Translations under genes and position numbers: made by a program
The notes under the pieces: generated by a model
What the model saw: the letters and a program-made list of their open reading frames with translations, nothing else
Told to the model about the DNA's origin: nothing
Databases searched by the model: none
Part shown: positions 34,764 through 43,024 of the stretch, piece after piece
How positions within the stretch are numbered: position 1 is the stretch's first letter
How the letters are laid out: each line of letters starts with the position of its first letter
Assembly: GCA_018648805.1 (NCBI GenBank)
Contig: JABGQM010000010.1
Span: forward strand, 25,486-89,485
Direction: 5' to 3'
Source of the DNA: Verrucomicrobiota bacterium
GTDB lineage: Bacteria; Verrucomicrobiota; Kiritimatiellia; UBA8416; JABMPJ01
DNA: 64,000 nucleotides

Positions 34764-35978
34764 ATGGAAGGCCCGTGGACAGAGATTGATGGCGGCGTTA
34801 CGGCACCGGCTGGTTTTCAGGCGGGTGCCGTGAACTGTGGCATCCGCAGCGTGAAGCCGGATGTGGCACTGCTGGTCTCAGACTCGGACGCCGTATTGGC
34901 CGGGACGTTTACGTCGAACCGGCTGGCGGCGGCCCCGGTGGCGCTGTGCCGCGAGCGGGTCGCGCTTGGCCTCGCGCGGGCGGTGATCGTCAACAGCGGC
35001 AACGCGAATGCGGCGACAGGTGCGCAGGGGCGCAAGGACGCCGACCGGATGGCCGCCTTGACGGCTGAAGCGCTCGGAACGGCCCCGGAAGCCATCTGTG
35101 TCTGCTCCACCGGGACGATCGGTGTTCGCATGCCGATGGAGAAGCTGGAAGCCGGCATCAGGGCGGTCGCCGGTGCGCTCTCACCCGACGGCGGTGCTGC
35201 CGCGGCGCGGGCGATCATGACGACCGATCTGGTTCCCAAGGAGATGGCGTTGGCGCTCACGATCGAGGGCACGCCGGTGCGCATTGGCGGCATGGCGAAG
35301 GGCTCCGGCATGATCGACCCCAACATGGCCACCATGCTGGCGTATGTGACCACGGATGCCGCCGTGGAAGCCGCCGCATTGCAGGGCGTGCTGCGCGCAG
35401 CGGTTGAGGATAGTTTTAACCGGATTACGGTGGATGGCGACGAGAGCACGAACGACACGGTGTTGTGCCTGGCCAACGGTGCGGCAGGGAATACACCGCT
35501 GCAGCCGGACCACCCGGACTGGGCCCCATTTGTAGCGGCCGTTCGGGAGGTGTGTGGACAGCTCGCCCGGATGATCGTGAAGGATGGCGAAGGTGCGACC
35601 AAGTTTGTGACGGTTGGCGTGCAAGGCGCGGCGTCCGACGCTGAGGCCCGCCAGGCCGCACGGGCGATTGCCAACTCGCTGCTGGTCAAGACCTCCTGGT
35701 TCGGGTGCGATCCCAACTGGGGCCGGATCTATGACGTTGTGGGCTATGCCGGTGTGCAGGTTGACCCGGACACGATTGAGATCAGGCTCGACGATGTTGT
35801 AGCCGTCAGAGATGGTCTTGTGGCTGGCGATACAGACCTGACATCGCTGGAGGCCGTTTTGAAGCAGGATGAGTTCACGGTGTTGGTTGACCTGCACGTG
35901 GGGCGTGGAAACGACACGGTCTATACCTGCGACTGCAGTTACGACTACGTAAGGATTAACGCGGAGTACACCACTTAG
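34764..35978 (+). CDS. argJ: Bifunctional ornithine acetyltransferase / N-acetylglutamate synthase ArgJ
   Basis: GVTAPAGFQAGAVNCGIR N-terminus. PNMATMLAYVTTDA autocleavage motif. Confidence 0.92.
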   Translation: MEGPWTEIDGGVTAPAGFQAGAVNCGIRSVKPDVALLVSDSDAVLAGTFTSNRLAAAPVALCRERVALGLARAVIVNSGNANAATGAQGRKDADRMAALTAEALGTAPEAICVCSTGTIGVRMPMEKLEAGIRAVAGALSPDGGAAAARAIMTTDLVPKEMALALTIEGTPVRIGGMAKGSGMIDPNMATMLAYVTTDAAVEAAALQGVLRAAVEDSFNRITVDGDESTNDTVLCLANGAAGNTPLQPDHPDWAPFVAAVREVCGQLARMIVKDGEGATKFVTVGVQGAASDAEARQAARAIANSLLVKTSWFGCDPNWGRIYDVVGYAGVQVDPDTIEIRLDDVVAVRDGLVAGDTDLTSLEAVLKQDEFTVLVDLHVGRGNDTVYTCDCSYDYVRINAEYTT

Positions 35979-35989
35979 AGAGGAATGGA

Positions 35990-36145
35990 GGACGAACAGC
36001 CGAACATTCGAACAGCCGAACTACGAACATGGGAACAGGTGCTTGTGCGTTTCACCCCGCGTGCTTTCCACGGCGAACCTGACATCAGTCGGGGATTTCC
36101 CACTTCGTAGTTCGAATGTTCGGCTGTTCGACTGTTCGATTGTTC
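35990..36145. repeat. B-family hairpin, copy B2
   Basis: Left arm GGACGAACAGCCGAACATTCGAACAGCCGAACTACGAACATGGGAA. Right arm TTCCCACTTCGTAGTTCGAATGTTCGGCTGTTCGACTGTTCGATTGTTC. Confidence 0.8.
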
Positions 36146-36156
36146 AATTGTTTGCC

Positions 36157-37035
36157 ATGCAAGACGCCACACAAAAAGCCCGGGTGCTGATCGAAGCCCT
36201 ACCCTATATTCAGGCCTTTCGGGGTAGCTGGGTGGTGGTGAAGTTTGGTGGCAGCGCCATGGAGGATGCGGCCACGATCGATAGTGTGCTGCAGGATATC
36301 ATCTTCATGGAGTGCGTCGGCATGCGGCCGATTATCGTGCACGGGGGCGGCAAGGCTATCTCGCGCGGTATGGAGGAGCATGGTATGCCCGCCCGCTTTG
36401 TGAAGGGGCTGCGCGTGACCTGCGAGAAGACGATCGCGATTGTGGAGAAGGTCATCAAAGGCGAGGTCAATCCCCGTATCGTGGACGCGATCAACGCCTT
36501 GGGCGGTCGCGCCGTGACGGTGCATGGTGAAGATGTACTGCATGTTGAGAAGAAGCAGGAAGTGGACGCGCTGACCGGCGAGATGCTCGATTGGGGATTC
36601 GTGGGCGAACCGGGCGAGGTCGATGTGACCGCCATTCGTGCTTTGGTCGAACAGGGCACCATCCCGGTGATCACGCCGCTGGGCATGGGGGGCGACGGTA
36701 AGGTGCACAACGTCAATGCCGACGTCGCTGCCGCCGCTGTCGCCCAGGCCCTCGCGGTCCGCAAGCTGGTCTTTCTCTCCGATGTGCCCGGGCTGCTGCG
36801 TGATCCGGAGGATCCCGCTTCACTGCTCGAAACGCTACAGACCTCGGAATTGGAACAGTTGATTGAGGATGGGGTGATTGGCGGCGGTATGCTGCCCAAG
36901 TGTAGCAGCGGGGTGGCGGCCCTGCATGCGGGCGTGCGCAAGGTGCACATGGTCGATGGGCGGGTTAAGCACTCGCTGCTTCTTGAAATATTTACGCAAC
37001 AAGGTATTGGAACCGAGATAGTCTCTACAGAGTAG
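36157..37035 (+). CDS. argB: Acetylglutamate kinase
   Basis: LIEALPYIQAFRGSWVVVKFGGSAM, IVHGGG. No SD; the ATG lies 12 nt after the B2 arm. Confidence 0.92.
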   Translation: MQDATQKARVLIEALPYIQAFRGSWVVVKFGGSAMEDAATIDSVLQDIIFMECVGMRPIIVHGGGKAISRGMEEHGMPARFVKGLRVTCEKTIAIVEKVIKGEVNPRIVDAINALGGRAVTVHGEDVLHVEKKQEVDALTGEMLDWGFVGEPGEVDVTAIRALVEQGTIPVITPLGMGGDGKVHNVNADVAAAAVAQALAVRKLVFLSDVPGLLRDPEDPASLLETLQTSELEQLIEDGVIGGGMLPKCSSGVAALHAGVRKVHMVDGRVKHSLLLEIFTQQGIGTEIVSTE

Positions 37036-37061
37036 GACGAGGGAAGGATAGAGGGAGAGTC

Positions 37062-38411
37062 ATGAGCAAGACCGAAGAGATCAAAACACTGTTTAACGAG
37101 TACGTGATGCCGACGTACAGTCCCAAGCTGGTGCTGGCCAAGGGCCGTGGCACCAAGGTATGGGATACCGACGGCAAGGTGTACCTCGACTTCATCGCGG
37201 GCATCTCCGTCAACAACGTGGGGCATTGTCATCCACGCGTGGTGGATGCCATTCAGCGGCAGGCCGCCGACCTGATGCATGTCTCCAACCTCTACTACAC
37301 CGAGAACCAGGCCCGCCTGGCCTGGCGGCTCTCACGCCTGTCGCTCGACGGCAAGGTGTTCTTCTGCAACTCCGGGGCCGAGGCCAACGAAGGCTTGATC
37401 AAGTTGGCTCGCCTGTGGGGACATGCGTCCGAGAAGTACGAGATCATTTCGATGACCGGCTCGTTTCACGGTCGGACCCTTGCGACCGCGGCGGCGACGG
37501 GACAGGAGAAAATTCAGGAGGGCTTCGAGCCGATGCCCGAAGGATTCTTCCCGGCGGACTTCAATGATATCGACTGCGTACGCGCCATGATCACGGACAA
37601 CACCGCCGCCGTTCTGGTGGAAGCCATACAGGGCGAGGGTGGCGTGGTGCCGGCCGATGAGGCCTTCTTCAAGGGCATCCGCGAGCTGTGCGATGAACAC
37701 GGTCTCCTGATGCTGTGCGACGAAGTGCAGTGCGGCATGGGCCGTACCGGCAGTTGGTTTGGCTACCAGCACTACGGCGTGACCCCGGATGCGTTCTCGA
37801 TGGCCAAGGCCCTCGGTAACGGCTACCCGATCGGCGCGGTTGTGGCCGGTCCCAAGCTGGCGGATGTCTTCTCCCCCGGCAAGCATGCCACCACCTTTGG
37901 TGGTTCGCCCCTGGCCTGCGCCGCCGCGCTGGCAACCCTTGACGTGATTGAGGACGGCGACCTCGTGGCCCGCGCGACGACCGCTGGTGCCAAGTTCCAG
38001 GCCGCACTCGAAGAGCTGGCCGGTCGCTACGAGCATGTCAGTGAGGTACGCGGCCGCGGCCTGATGTTGGGCTTGGCCCTCGACCAGGAAGCCGCGCCCG
38101 TGACTGAAATTCTGCAGGATATGGGTCTACTGGCCCTGCCGACCGCGGGTAACGTGGTTCGCTTCCTTCCGCCTCTGAACGTCAAGGATGGCGAGCTGGA
38201 TGAGGCGATCGAGATGATCGATGAAGCCCTTGAAATCTGGCACGACGATCTGAACGCCACCGCTGAAGCCATCGCTGAAGCCGCAGGTGCCATCGCAGAG
38301 CCGGCCGAGGAAGACGCCGAAGCCGAAGCCGACGTCGCAGAAGAGGACGAAGGCGCAGACGCACCGGCCGAGGCGAGTGACGAGGATGCGGAAGAAGCGA
38401 AGAGCGAATAG
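37062..38411 (+). CDS. argD: Acetylornithine aminotransferase with an acidic C-terminal extension
   Basis: Class III aminotransferase (SGAEANE, DEVQCGMGRTG, FSMAKALGNG). About 55 aa E/D/A-rich tail. Confidence 0.9.
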   Translation: MSKTEEIKTLFNEYVMPTYSPKLVLAKGRGTKVWDTDGKVYLDFIAGISVNNVGHCHPRVVDAIQRQAADLMHVSNLYYTENQARLAWRLSRLSLDGKVFFCNSGAEANEGLIKLARLWGHASEKYEIISMTGSFHGRTLATAAATGQEKIQEGFEPMPEGFFPADFNDIDCVRAMITDNTAAVLVEAIQGEGGVVPADEAFFKGIRELCDEHGLLMLCDEVQCGMGRTGSWFGYQHYGVTPDAFSMAKALGNGYPIGAVVAGPKLADVFSPGKHATTFGGSPLACAAALATLDVIEDGDLVARATTAGAKFQAALEELAGRYEHVSEVRGRGLMLGLALDQEAAPVTEILQDMGLLALPTAGNVVRFLPPLNVKDGELDEAIEMIDEALEIWHDDLNATAEAIAEAAGAIAEPAEEDAEAEADVAEEDEGADAPAEASDEDAEEAKSE

Positions 38412-38425
38412 CGAGTGGTGGTGGC

Positions 38426-39658
38426 ATGAAACTGGAAGATCTGCAGGGCAAGAAGGTTGGGTTGTGTGTGTCGGGCGGCTTGGATAGCCGCACGGTCGCG
38501 CGCAAGCTCAAGGATTCCGGGGTGGACGTGATGTGTTTCACGGCCGACCTGGCCCAGCCGGACGAGTCGGATATCGGTGATGTAGCCGTCAAGATGGCGC
38601 CCTGTGGGGTTGACACCGTGATTGTCGATCTGAAGGAGCCGATGGCCGAAGCCTGCTTTGAGATGATCAAAGCCCAGGCCATGTATGACGGGGGCTACTG
38701 GAATTCGACCGGTATCGCACGTGCCGTTACGGTCAAGGGCCTGGTTGCCGAGATGCAACAGGCCGGTTGCGGGGTGCTGGCGCACGGCGCCACCGGCCGT
38801 GGCAACGACCAGATGCGGTTTGAACGCTACACCAATGTGCTGGCACCCGAGATGCAGGTTTATGCCCCCTGGCGTGATCCCGGGCTGCTCAAGGAGTTCC
38901 CTGGACGGATCGAGATGGTCGAGTATCTGCGTGGACACGGCATCGAGGCCTTCCCGGGTGGCGAGAAGCGCTACTCGACGGATGGCAATCTGGCCGGTCT
39001 CTCGCACGAGGCTGAAGATCTGGAGAGCCTCGAAACGCCGGCCACGATCGTGGATCCGACCATGGGGGTGTGGCCCGACCAGGCGCCGGACGAGTCCGAG
39101 ACGGTCGACGTGCGTTTTGAGAAGGGGCGGGCGGTGGCGCTCAACGGCATCAGCATGGCGCCGTTTGAGTTGATGCAGGAAGCCAACCGTATTGCCGGGC
39201 GCAACGGGGTAGGCTTTAAGAATGCGCTTGAGAACCGGATCATCGGCACCAAGAGTCGGGGGGTCTACGAAGCCCCGGGGATGGAACTGCTGGGTGCGAC
39301 GCTGGCGATGGTCTACCAGGCCACGATGGACCGGCGTGCGCTGGGCCTCTTCCAGGCGCTATCCAAGCTCGTCGCCGACCAGGTTTATGACGGGCGCTAC
39401 TTTGATCCCGCTACCAGCGCGGCGTTGGCTGCGATTGATGTATTGGCCGCCGCGGCAACCGGTACGGTGGGTGTGGCGCTCTACAAGGGCAATATCCTTT
39501 TCAACAGCCTGACTGCCTGTCCCGCTTCACTGTACAACGAGGCCGATGCCTCGATGGAGGCCAGCGAAGGCCTCAACCCGGTCAGTTCGCAGGGATTTGC
39601 CGAGATCCAGGGCGTTGAGGCCCGTGCGCTGGCGCATGCCAAGCAGGTTCGCAAGTAA
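38426..39658 (+). CDS. argG: Argininosuccinate synthase
   Basis: CVSGGLDS PP-loop, GATGRGNDQMRFE, ENRIIGTKSRGVYE. Confidence 0.93.
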   Translation: MKLEDLQGKKVGLCVSGGLDSRTVARKLKDSGVDVMCFTADLAQPDESDIGDVAVKMAPCGVDTVIVDLKEPMAEACFEMIKAQAMYDGGYWNSTGIARAVTVKGLVAEMQQAGCGVLAHGATGRGNDQMRFERYTNVLAPEMQVYAPWRDPGLLKEFPGRIEMVEYLRGHGIEAFPGGEKRYSTDGNLAGLSHEAEDLESLETPATIVDPTMGVWPDQAPDESETVDVRFEKGRAVALNGISMAPFELMQEANRIAGRNGVGFKNALENRIIGTKSRGVYEAPGMELLGATLAMVYQATMDRRALGLFQALSKLVADQVYDGRYFDPATSAALAAIDVLAAAATGTVGVALYKGNILFNSLTACPASLYNEADASMEASEGLNPVSSQGFAEIQGVEARALAHAKQVRK

Positions 39659-39727
39659 ACGCAATTGCGCGTCACCTTTTGCTTGCTCCGCTTCGCGTTC
39701 CGCGGTACATTTCTGCCTTCTTTATGA

Positions 39728-39815
39728 GCTCGGGTGGCGGAATGGCAGACGCGCTAGGTTGAGGGCCTAGTGACCTTTTTTGGTCGTGAAGGTTCAAGTC
39801 CTTTCCCGAGCACCA
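39728..39815 (+). tRNA. tRNA-Leu (anticodon GAG) with encoded CCA
   Basis: Acceptor GCTCGGG/CCCGAGC. Anticodon stem CTAGG/CCTAG with loop TTGAGGG. Long variable arm GACC-T6-GGTC. T arm GAAGG-TTCAAGT-CCTTT. Ends in ACCA. Confidence 0.9.
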
Positions 39816-39888
39816 CTCCGGAGAGGGTGCTCCCTCTTGGCTGGAGTATCGCTGCGCGATAATAGGCCGGCGAGGGAGCACCCTCTCC
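39816..39888 (+). repeat. F-family-type hairpin, copy F5, directly 3' of tRNA-Leu
   Basis: Perfect 17-bp outer stem GGAGAGGGTGCTCCCTC (39820-36) / GAGGGAGCACCCTCTCC (39872-88). Inner CTTGGCTGGAG, apical TATCGC-TGC-GCGATA, then ATAGGCCGGCG. Confidence 0.8.
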
Positions 39889-40014
39889 TCCGTTCCTGGT
39901 CGTCAGCCGCTCGATCTGCCAGGCCTCAGAGGGCACCCCTGTTCCTCCGCTCCTGGATAGGTCGATTCATTGGCTGTTGTTCACAGATCGGCTGCGTTGA
40001 TAGTGTGAGACACG

Positions 40015-40632
40015 ATGGGTATACGGAACAAACTTGGTATTCTGGGCGGGTCGTTTAACCCGATCCATACCGGCCATCTGATCCTGGCACAGCAGGCGCT
40101 TGAGAGCTATGAGCTGGACCAGGTGCTGTTTGTGCCCTGCGCCTTGCCGCCACACAAAGACCCTGGCATGCTCTTGCCGGGCGGCGTGCGGCTCGCGATG
40201 GTGCAGATGGCGCTGGCGGGGGACCCTCGCTTTGAGGCCTCGGCCATCGAGTTGGAGCGGGGCGGCACTTCCTATGCCGTGGATACGCTGCGCCAGTTGA
40301 CGGAGATGTATCCGGAGAGCGATCTCTATTTTATTATCGGGGATGATACGCTGGTCGAGCTCTACCAGTGGCATCGGATCTACGACCTGCTGCCGCTCTG
40401 CACGTTTGTGACGTTCGGACGTAACCGTGAAGCCATTCGACCGGATGCGCTTCACCTGGATCCGCCCTGGCCGGCGCGGCTTCTGGCCACTGCCACGATG
40501 GCACGGCGGTTCGAGGTCGCCTCGTCCGATATCCGTCACCGCGTCGCCGAGGGAATGAGTATTCGCTATCTCGTTCCGGATGTAATAGATATGTATATAG
40601 CCGAACACCACCTTTACCTGGGAGAATGCTGA
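40015..40632 (+). CDS. nadD: Nicotinate-nucleotide adenylyltransferase
   Basis: LGILGGSFNPIHTGHL and a C-terminal ...SSDIRHRV motif. Confidence 0.9.
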   Translation: MGIRNKLGILGGSFNPIHTGHLILAQQALESYELDQVLFVPCALPPHKDPGMLLPGGVRLAMVQMALAGDPRFEASAIELERGGTSYAVDTLRQLTEMYPESDLYFIIGDDTLVELYQWHRIYDLLPLCTFVTFGRNREAIRPDALHLDPPWPARLLATATMARRFEVASSDIRHRVAEGMSIRYLVPDVIDMYIAEHHLYLGEC

Positions 40633-40997
40633 TGGAAGCGTCGACGCATAGTGAGGTCCCGACGGGACGGGCTTTAGCCCGGCGCGCCGTTGAGATCCTG
40701 GAAGATAGGAAGGGCGAGAATCTGTTGCTGATCGATGTGACCGATGTCTCCAACCTCTCGGACTACGTCTTGCTCGTGAACGGCTCCAGTCCGCCCCATC
40801 TCAAGGCGATGTGGAATGAGCTACAGCATACCCTCAAGCAGGAGGGCGTGCATGCCTACCGCAAGAGCGGGATGCCCGATTCGGGCTGGATGGTCCTGGA
40901 TTACGTGGACGTGGTCATACATATTCTCTCGCCGGAAGCGCGGGAGTACTATGCGTTAGAGGAGCTGTGGCCGGAAGCGCCTCACCTGGAATGCTGA
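40626..40997 (+). CDS. rsfS: Ribosomal silencing factor RsfS
   Basis: About 120 aa with ENLLLIDV...SDYVLLVNGSSPPHLKAM...DYVDVVIHI, directly after nadD. The start could instead be ATG 40632. Confidence 0.85.
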   Translation: MLMEASTHSEVPTGRALARRAVEILEDRKGENLLLIDVTDVSNLSDYVLLVNGSSPPHLKAMWNELQHTLKQEGVHAYRKSGMPDSGWMVLDYVDVVIHILSPEAREYYALEELWPEAPHLEC

Positions 40998-41517
40998 GCT
41001 CGGCTTCGCTGTAGTCCTCGTCCCACCCCTGCAATACCAGTAGATCATGCCCGAGCCGCTCCAGTGAGGCGGGGGTATCCTGCGGTGATGGTGTGGCCAC
41101 CTGTCCGACGCGGTTGGTGCCCTCTGTCAGCATGACCAGGATCATGCTCAGCTCTGCCTCGCCGCCACCGCCCGCTGGGGCCGGCCGCAGCCAGTGTGCC
41201 CCCACCAGCACCACGCACAACGCCGCCACAGCCGCCAGGCCGTAGGCCGGCCGTAGCCAAGGTGTACCCCGTGCTCCCGCTGCCGGCAGATCGGCGTGCC
41301 GTCGGGCCTCACGCCTGATGTTGGCCACTACGGTGGCTGAGGGCTCGCCGCTGGCCACGCCTTCGTGGGCGTTGACTTCAATGGCAAGCAGTGCCGCGTG
41401 CCACTCGCGGCAGGCAGTGCACTGCGCCATGTGCGTGTGCATGCGCTCCATCTTGCGAGACGAGAGCTCGCCCGCCTGATTCAGTAGCATCCATCTTTCG
41501 GTCGTGTTGCACTTCAT
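40915..41517 (-). CDS. Anti-sigma factor (zf-HC2 type), single-pass membrane protein
   Basis: H-x3-C-x2-C motif (HTHMAQCTACREW), TM helix GLAAVAALCVVLVGAHWL. ATGA overlap with the ECF sigma gene. Confidence 0.75.
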   Translation of the reverse strand: MKCNTTERWMLLNQAGELSSRKMERMHTHMAQCTACREWHAALLAIEVNAHEGVASGEPSATVVANIRREARRHADLPAAGARGTPWLRPAYGLAAVAALCVVLVGAHWLRPAPAGGGGEAELSMILVMLTEGTNRVGQVATPSPQDTPASLERLGHDLLVLQGWDEDYSEAELSIPGEALPATAPLTHSTPALPAREYV

Positions 41518-42092
41518 ATCACATCTCGCATCGCATTGTACTCGTCCTGCAGCAGCGGCCGCAGCTTGGCCAGGGCATACTGCATGCGGGCCAGGGCCGT
41601 ATTAATCGATACGCCCTGCGCCTTCGCTATGGCCTTGAAGCCCAGGCCGGCCTGTAGGCGCATCAGGAAGACCTCTTTCTGCTCCAGGGGCAGTGTGGCC
41701 ACTGCGCGTGCCACGGTGCCTACTGCATCGCCACTGATGGCCTGTGCGCCCGGTCCTGCGGCCGTGTCTGCCAGCTCCATGAGCGGCAGTCCCGTCTCTG
41801 CCTGTGTCGCATCCAGGCTCACGGAGGGACGCTTGCGGCGGTGCCGGTCGATGATCAGGTTGCGCGCAATCCGCATCAGCCAGCCCATAAAATTCTTCTG
41901 GCGGTAGCTATCCAGTTTGCGGATCGCCCTGAACCAGGTCTCCTGGAACACCTCATCGGCGTCGCCGTGCCCTTCAGTCATGTTGAGAATGAACCCGAAC
42001 AAGGGGCGGCGATATTTCTCAACCAGCTCCGACAGCGCATCCACATCGCCGCCGCGGTACTGATCGATCAGTTGATGATCGTCGCGCTCCAT
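41514..42092 (-). CDS. ECF-type RNA polymerase sigma factor
   Basis: 192 aa. Region 2 (DADEVFQETWFRAIRKL...RIARNLIIDRHR) and region 4 (KEVFLMRLQAGLGFKAIAKAQGVSINTALARMQYA). Confidence 0.9.
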   Translation of the reverse strand: MERDDHQLIDQYRGGDVDALSELVEKYRRPLFGFILNMTEGHGDADEVFQETWFRAIRKLDSYRQKNFMGWLMRIARNLIIDRHRRKRPSVSLDATQAETGLPLMELADTAAGPGAQAISGDAVGTVARAVATLPLEQKEVFLMRLQAGLGFKAIAKAQGVSINTALARMQYALAKLRPLLQDEYNAMRDVI

Positions 42093-42189
42093 TGTCCTTC
42101 ACCCTTTCAACGCAGCATGGGTCCCAAATATTGCAGGCAAACGTCTGTGGCCTCTGACGCGGGCCGAAACGGGCCGCGCGACCCCGCTT

Positions 42190-42873
42190 CTACTGTAGCC
42201 AGTCGAGCAGGCCCCCGACAAGGTCTGTGCAGACCGTCGCGCTACTGATCAGGCTGCGTTTGAACAGACCTACGTAGCGCTCCAGCGTGGCCGGCGTGAC
42301 GGCGACACACCAGAGGCCGATGCCGATGACATTCAGGCTGTAGATAAACGTATAGGAAAAGAGGTGGCCGCAGGCGCGGATATCGCTCTGGTGCTGCAGC
42401 AGCGTGCTGATCGTGAAGGTGAAGTGAAAGCCCCATGTGAACCCGATCATGCCCATCCACCAGAGATGGTACTGCTCCACGGGATAAAAGAGACCTAGAG
42501 CGCCGAAGAGGCCGATGGTCAGCATGGTGTAGAGCGGGAAGAAGTAGGGTGCCAGCGTGATGAGAAAGTTGGTTTTCGAGAGTGTGACACTGCCCTTGTC
42601 CTCCGCCACACGAAGGTTGGAGACGCGCGCGCCCATCATCCAGCCCCACAGGGCGTGGGTCAGCTCGTGGGCCAGAACGTAGGTGCGCACCGGGCGCGGC
42701 AGCACAAAGTAGAGGATCAGCCAGAAGCTGAATCCACCCACCAGCCACCACGTATCCGGCGGCACGCTCCCCGGCTGTAGGGCACGCAGGAGTCCGTAAA
42801 GCGCCATGCTCGACGCGGCACAGACCGGGATCAGCAAGAGTCCCGTCAGGAACCTGACAATGCGAATCAACAT
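42190..42873 (-). CDS. Polytopic membrane protein with an HExxH motif (putative zinc metallopeptidase, DUF3267/M50B-like)
   Basis: Start MLIRIVRF (ATG 42871-73). HELTHALWGWMMG sits next to TM helices. No SD; the ATG lies about 4 nt from the B3 arm. Confidence 0.55.
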   Translation of the reverse strand: MLIRIVRFLTGLLLIPVCAASSMALYGLLRALQPGSVPPDTWWLVGGFSFWLILYFVLPRPVRTYVLAHELTHALWGWMMGARVSNLRVAEDKGSVTLSKTNFLITLAPYFFPLYTMLTIGLFGALGLFYPVEQYHLWWMGMIGFTWGFHFTFTISTLLQHQSDIRACGHLFSYTFIYSLNVIGIGLWCVAVTPATLERYVGLFKRSLISSATVCTDLVGGLLDWLQ

Positions 42874-42876
42874 GGG

Positions 42877-43023
42877 CAACCATCGAACATATGAACAGCC
42901 GAACATTCGAACCATCGAACATTCGAACTACGAAGTAAGCACGTTACACGTGCAAGCATGCTTGCCGCAGGTTTCCCTGTTCGTAGTTCGGCTGTTCGAT
43001 TGTTCGGCTTGTTCGACCGTTCC
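42877..43023. repeat. B-family hairpin, copy B3
   Basis: Left arm CAACCATCGAACATATGAACAGCCGAACATTCGAACCATCGAACATTCGAACTACGAA. Right arm TTCGTAGTTCGGCTGTTCGATTGTTCGGCTTGTTCGACCGTTCC. The loop holds the palindromes GCACGT..ACGTGC and GCAAGCATGCTTGC. Confidence 0.8.
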
Positions 43024-43024
43024 C

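Noticed and set aside
39659-40014. tRNA-Leu as an integration site for a genomic island
   Set aside because: No integrase, no direct repeat of the tRNA 3' end and no compositional shift. The downstream genes (nadD, rsfS) are core genes.
42155-42180. GC-rich palindrome downstream of the HExxH gene as a terminator
   Set aside because: The stem is short and imperfect, and no T run follows on the transcribed strand.
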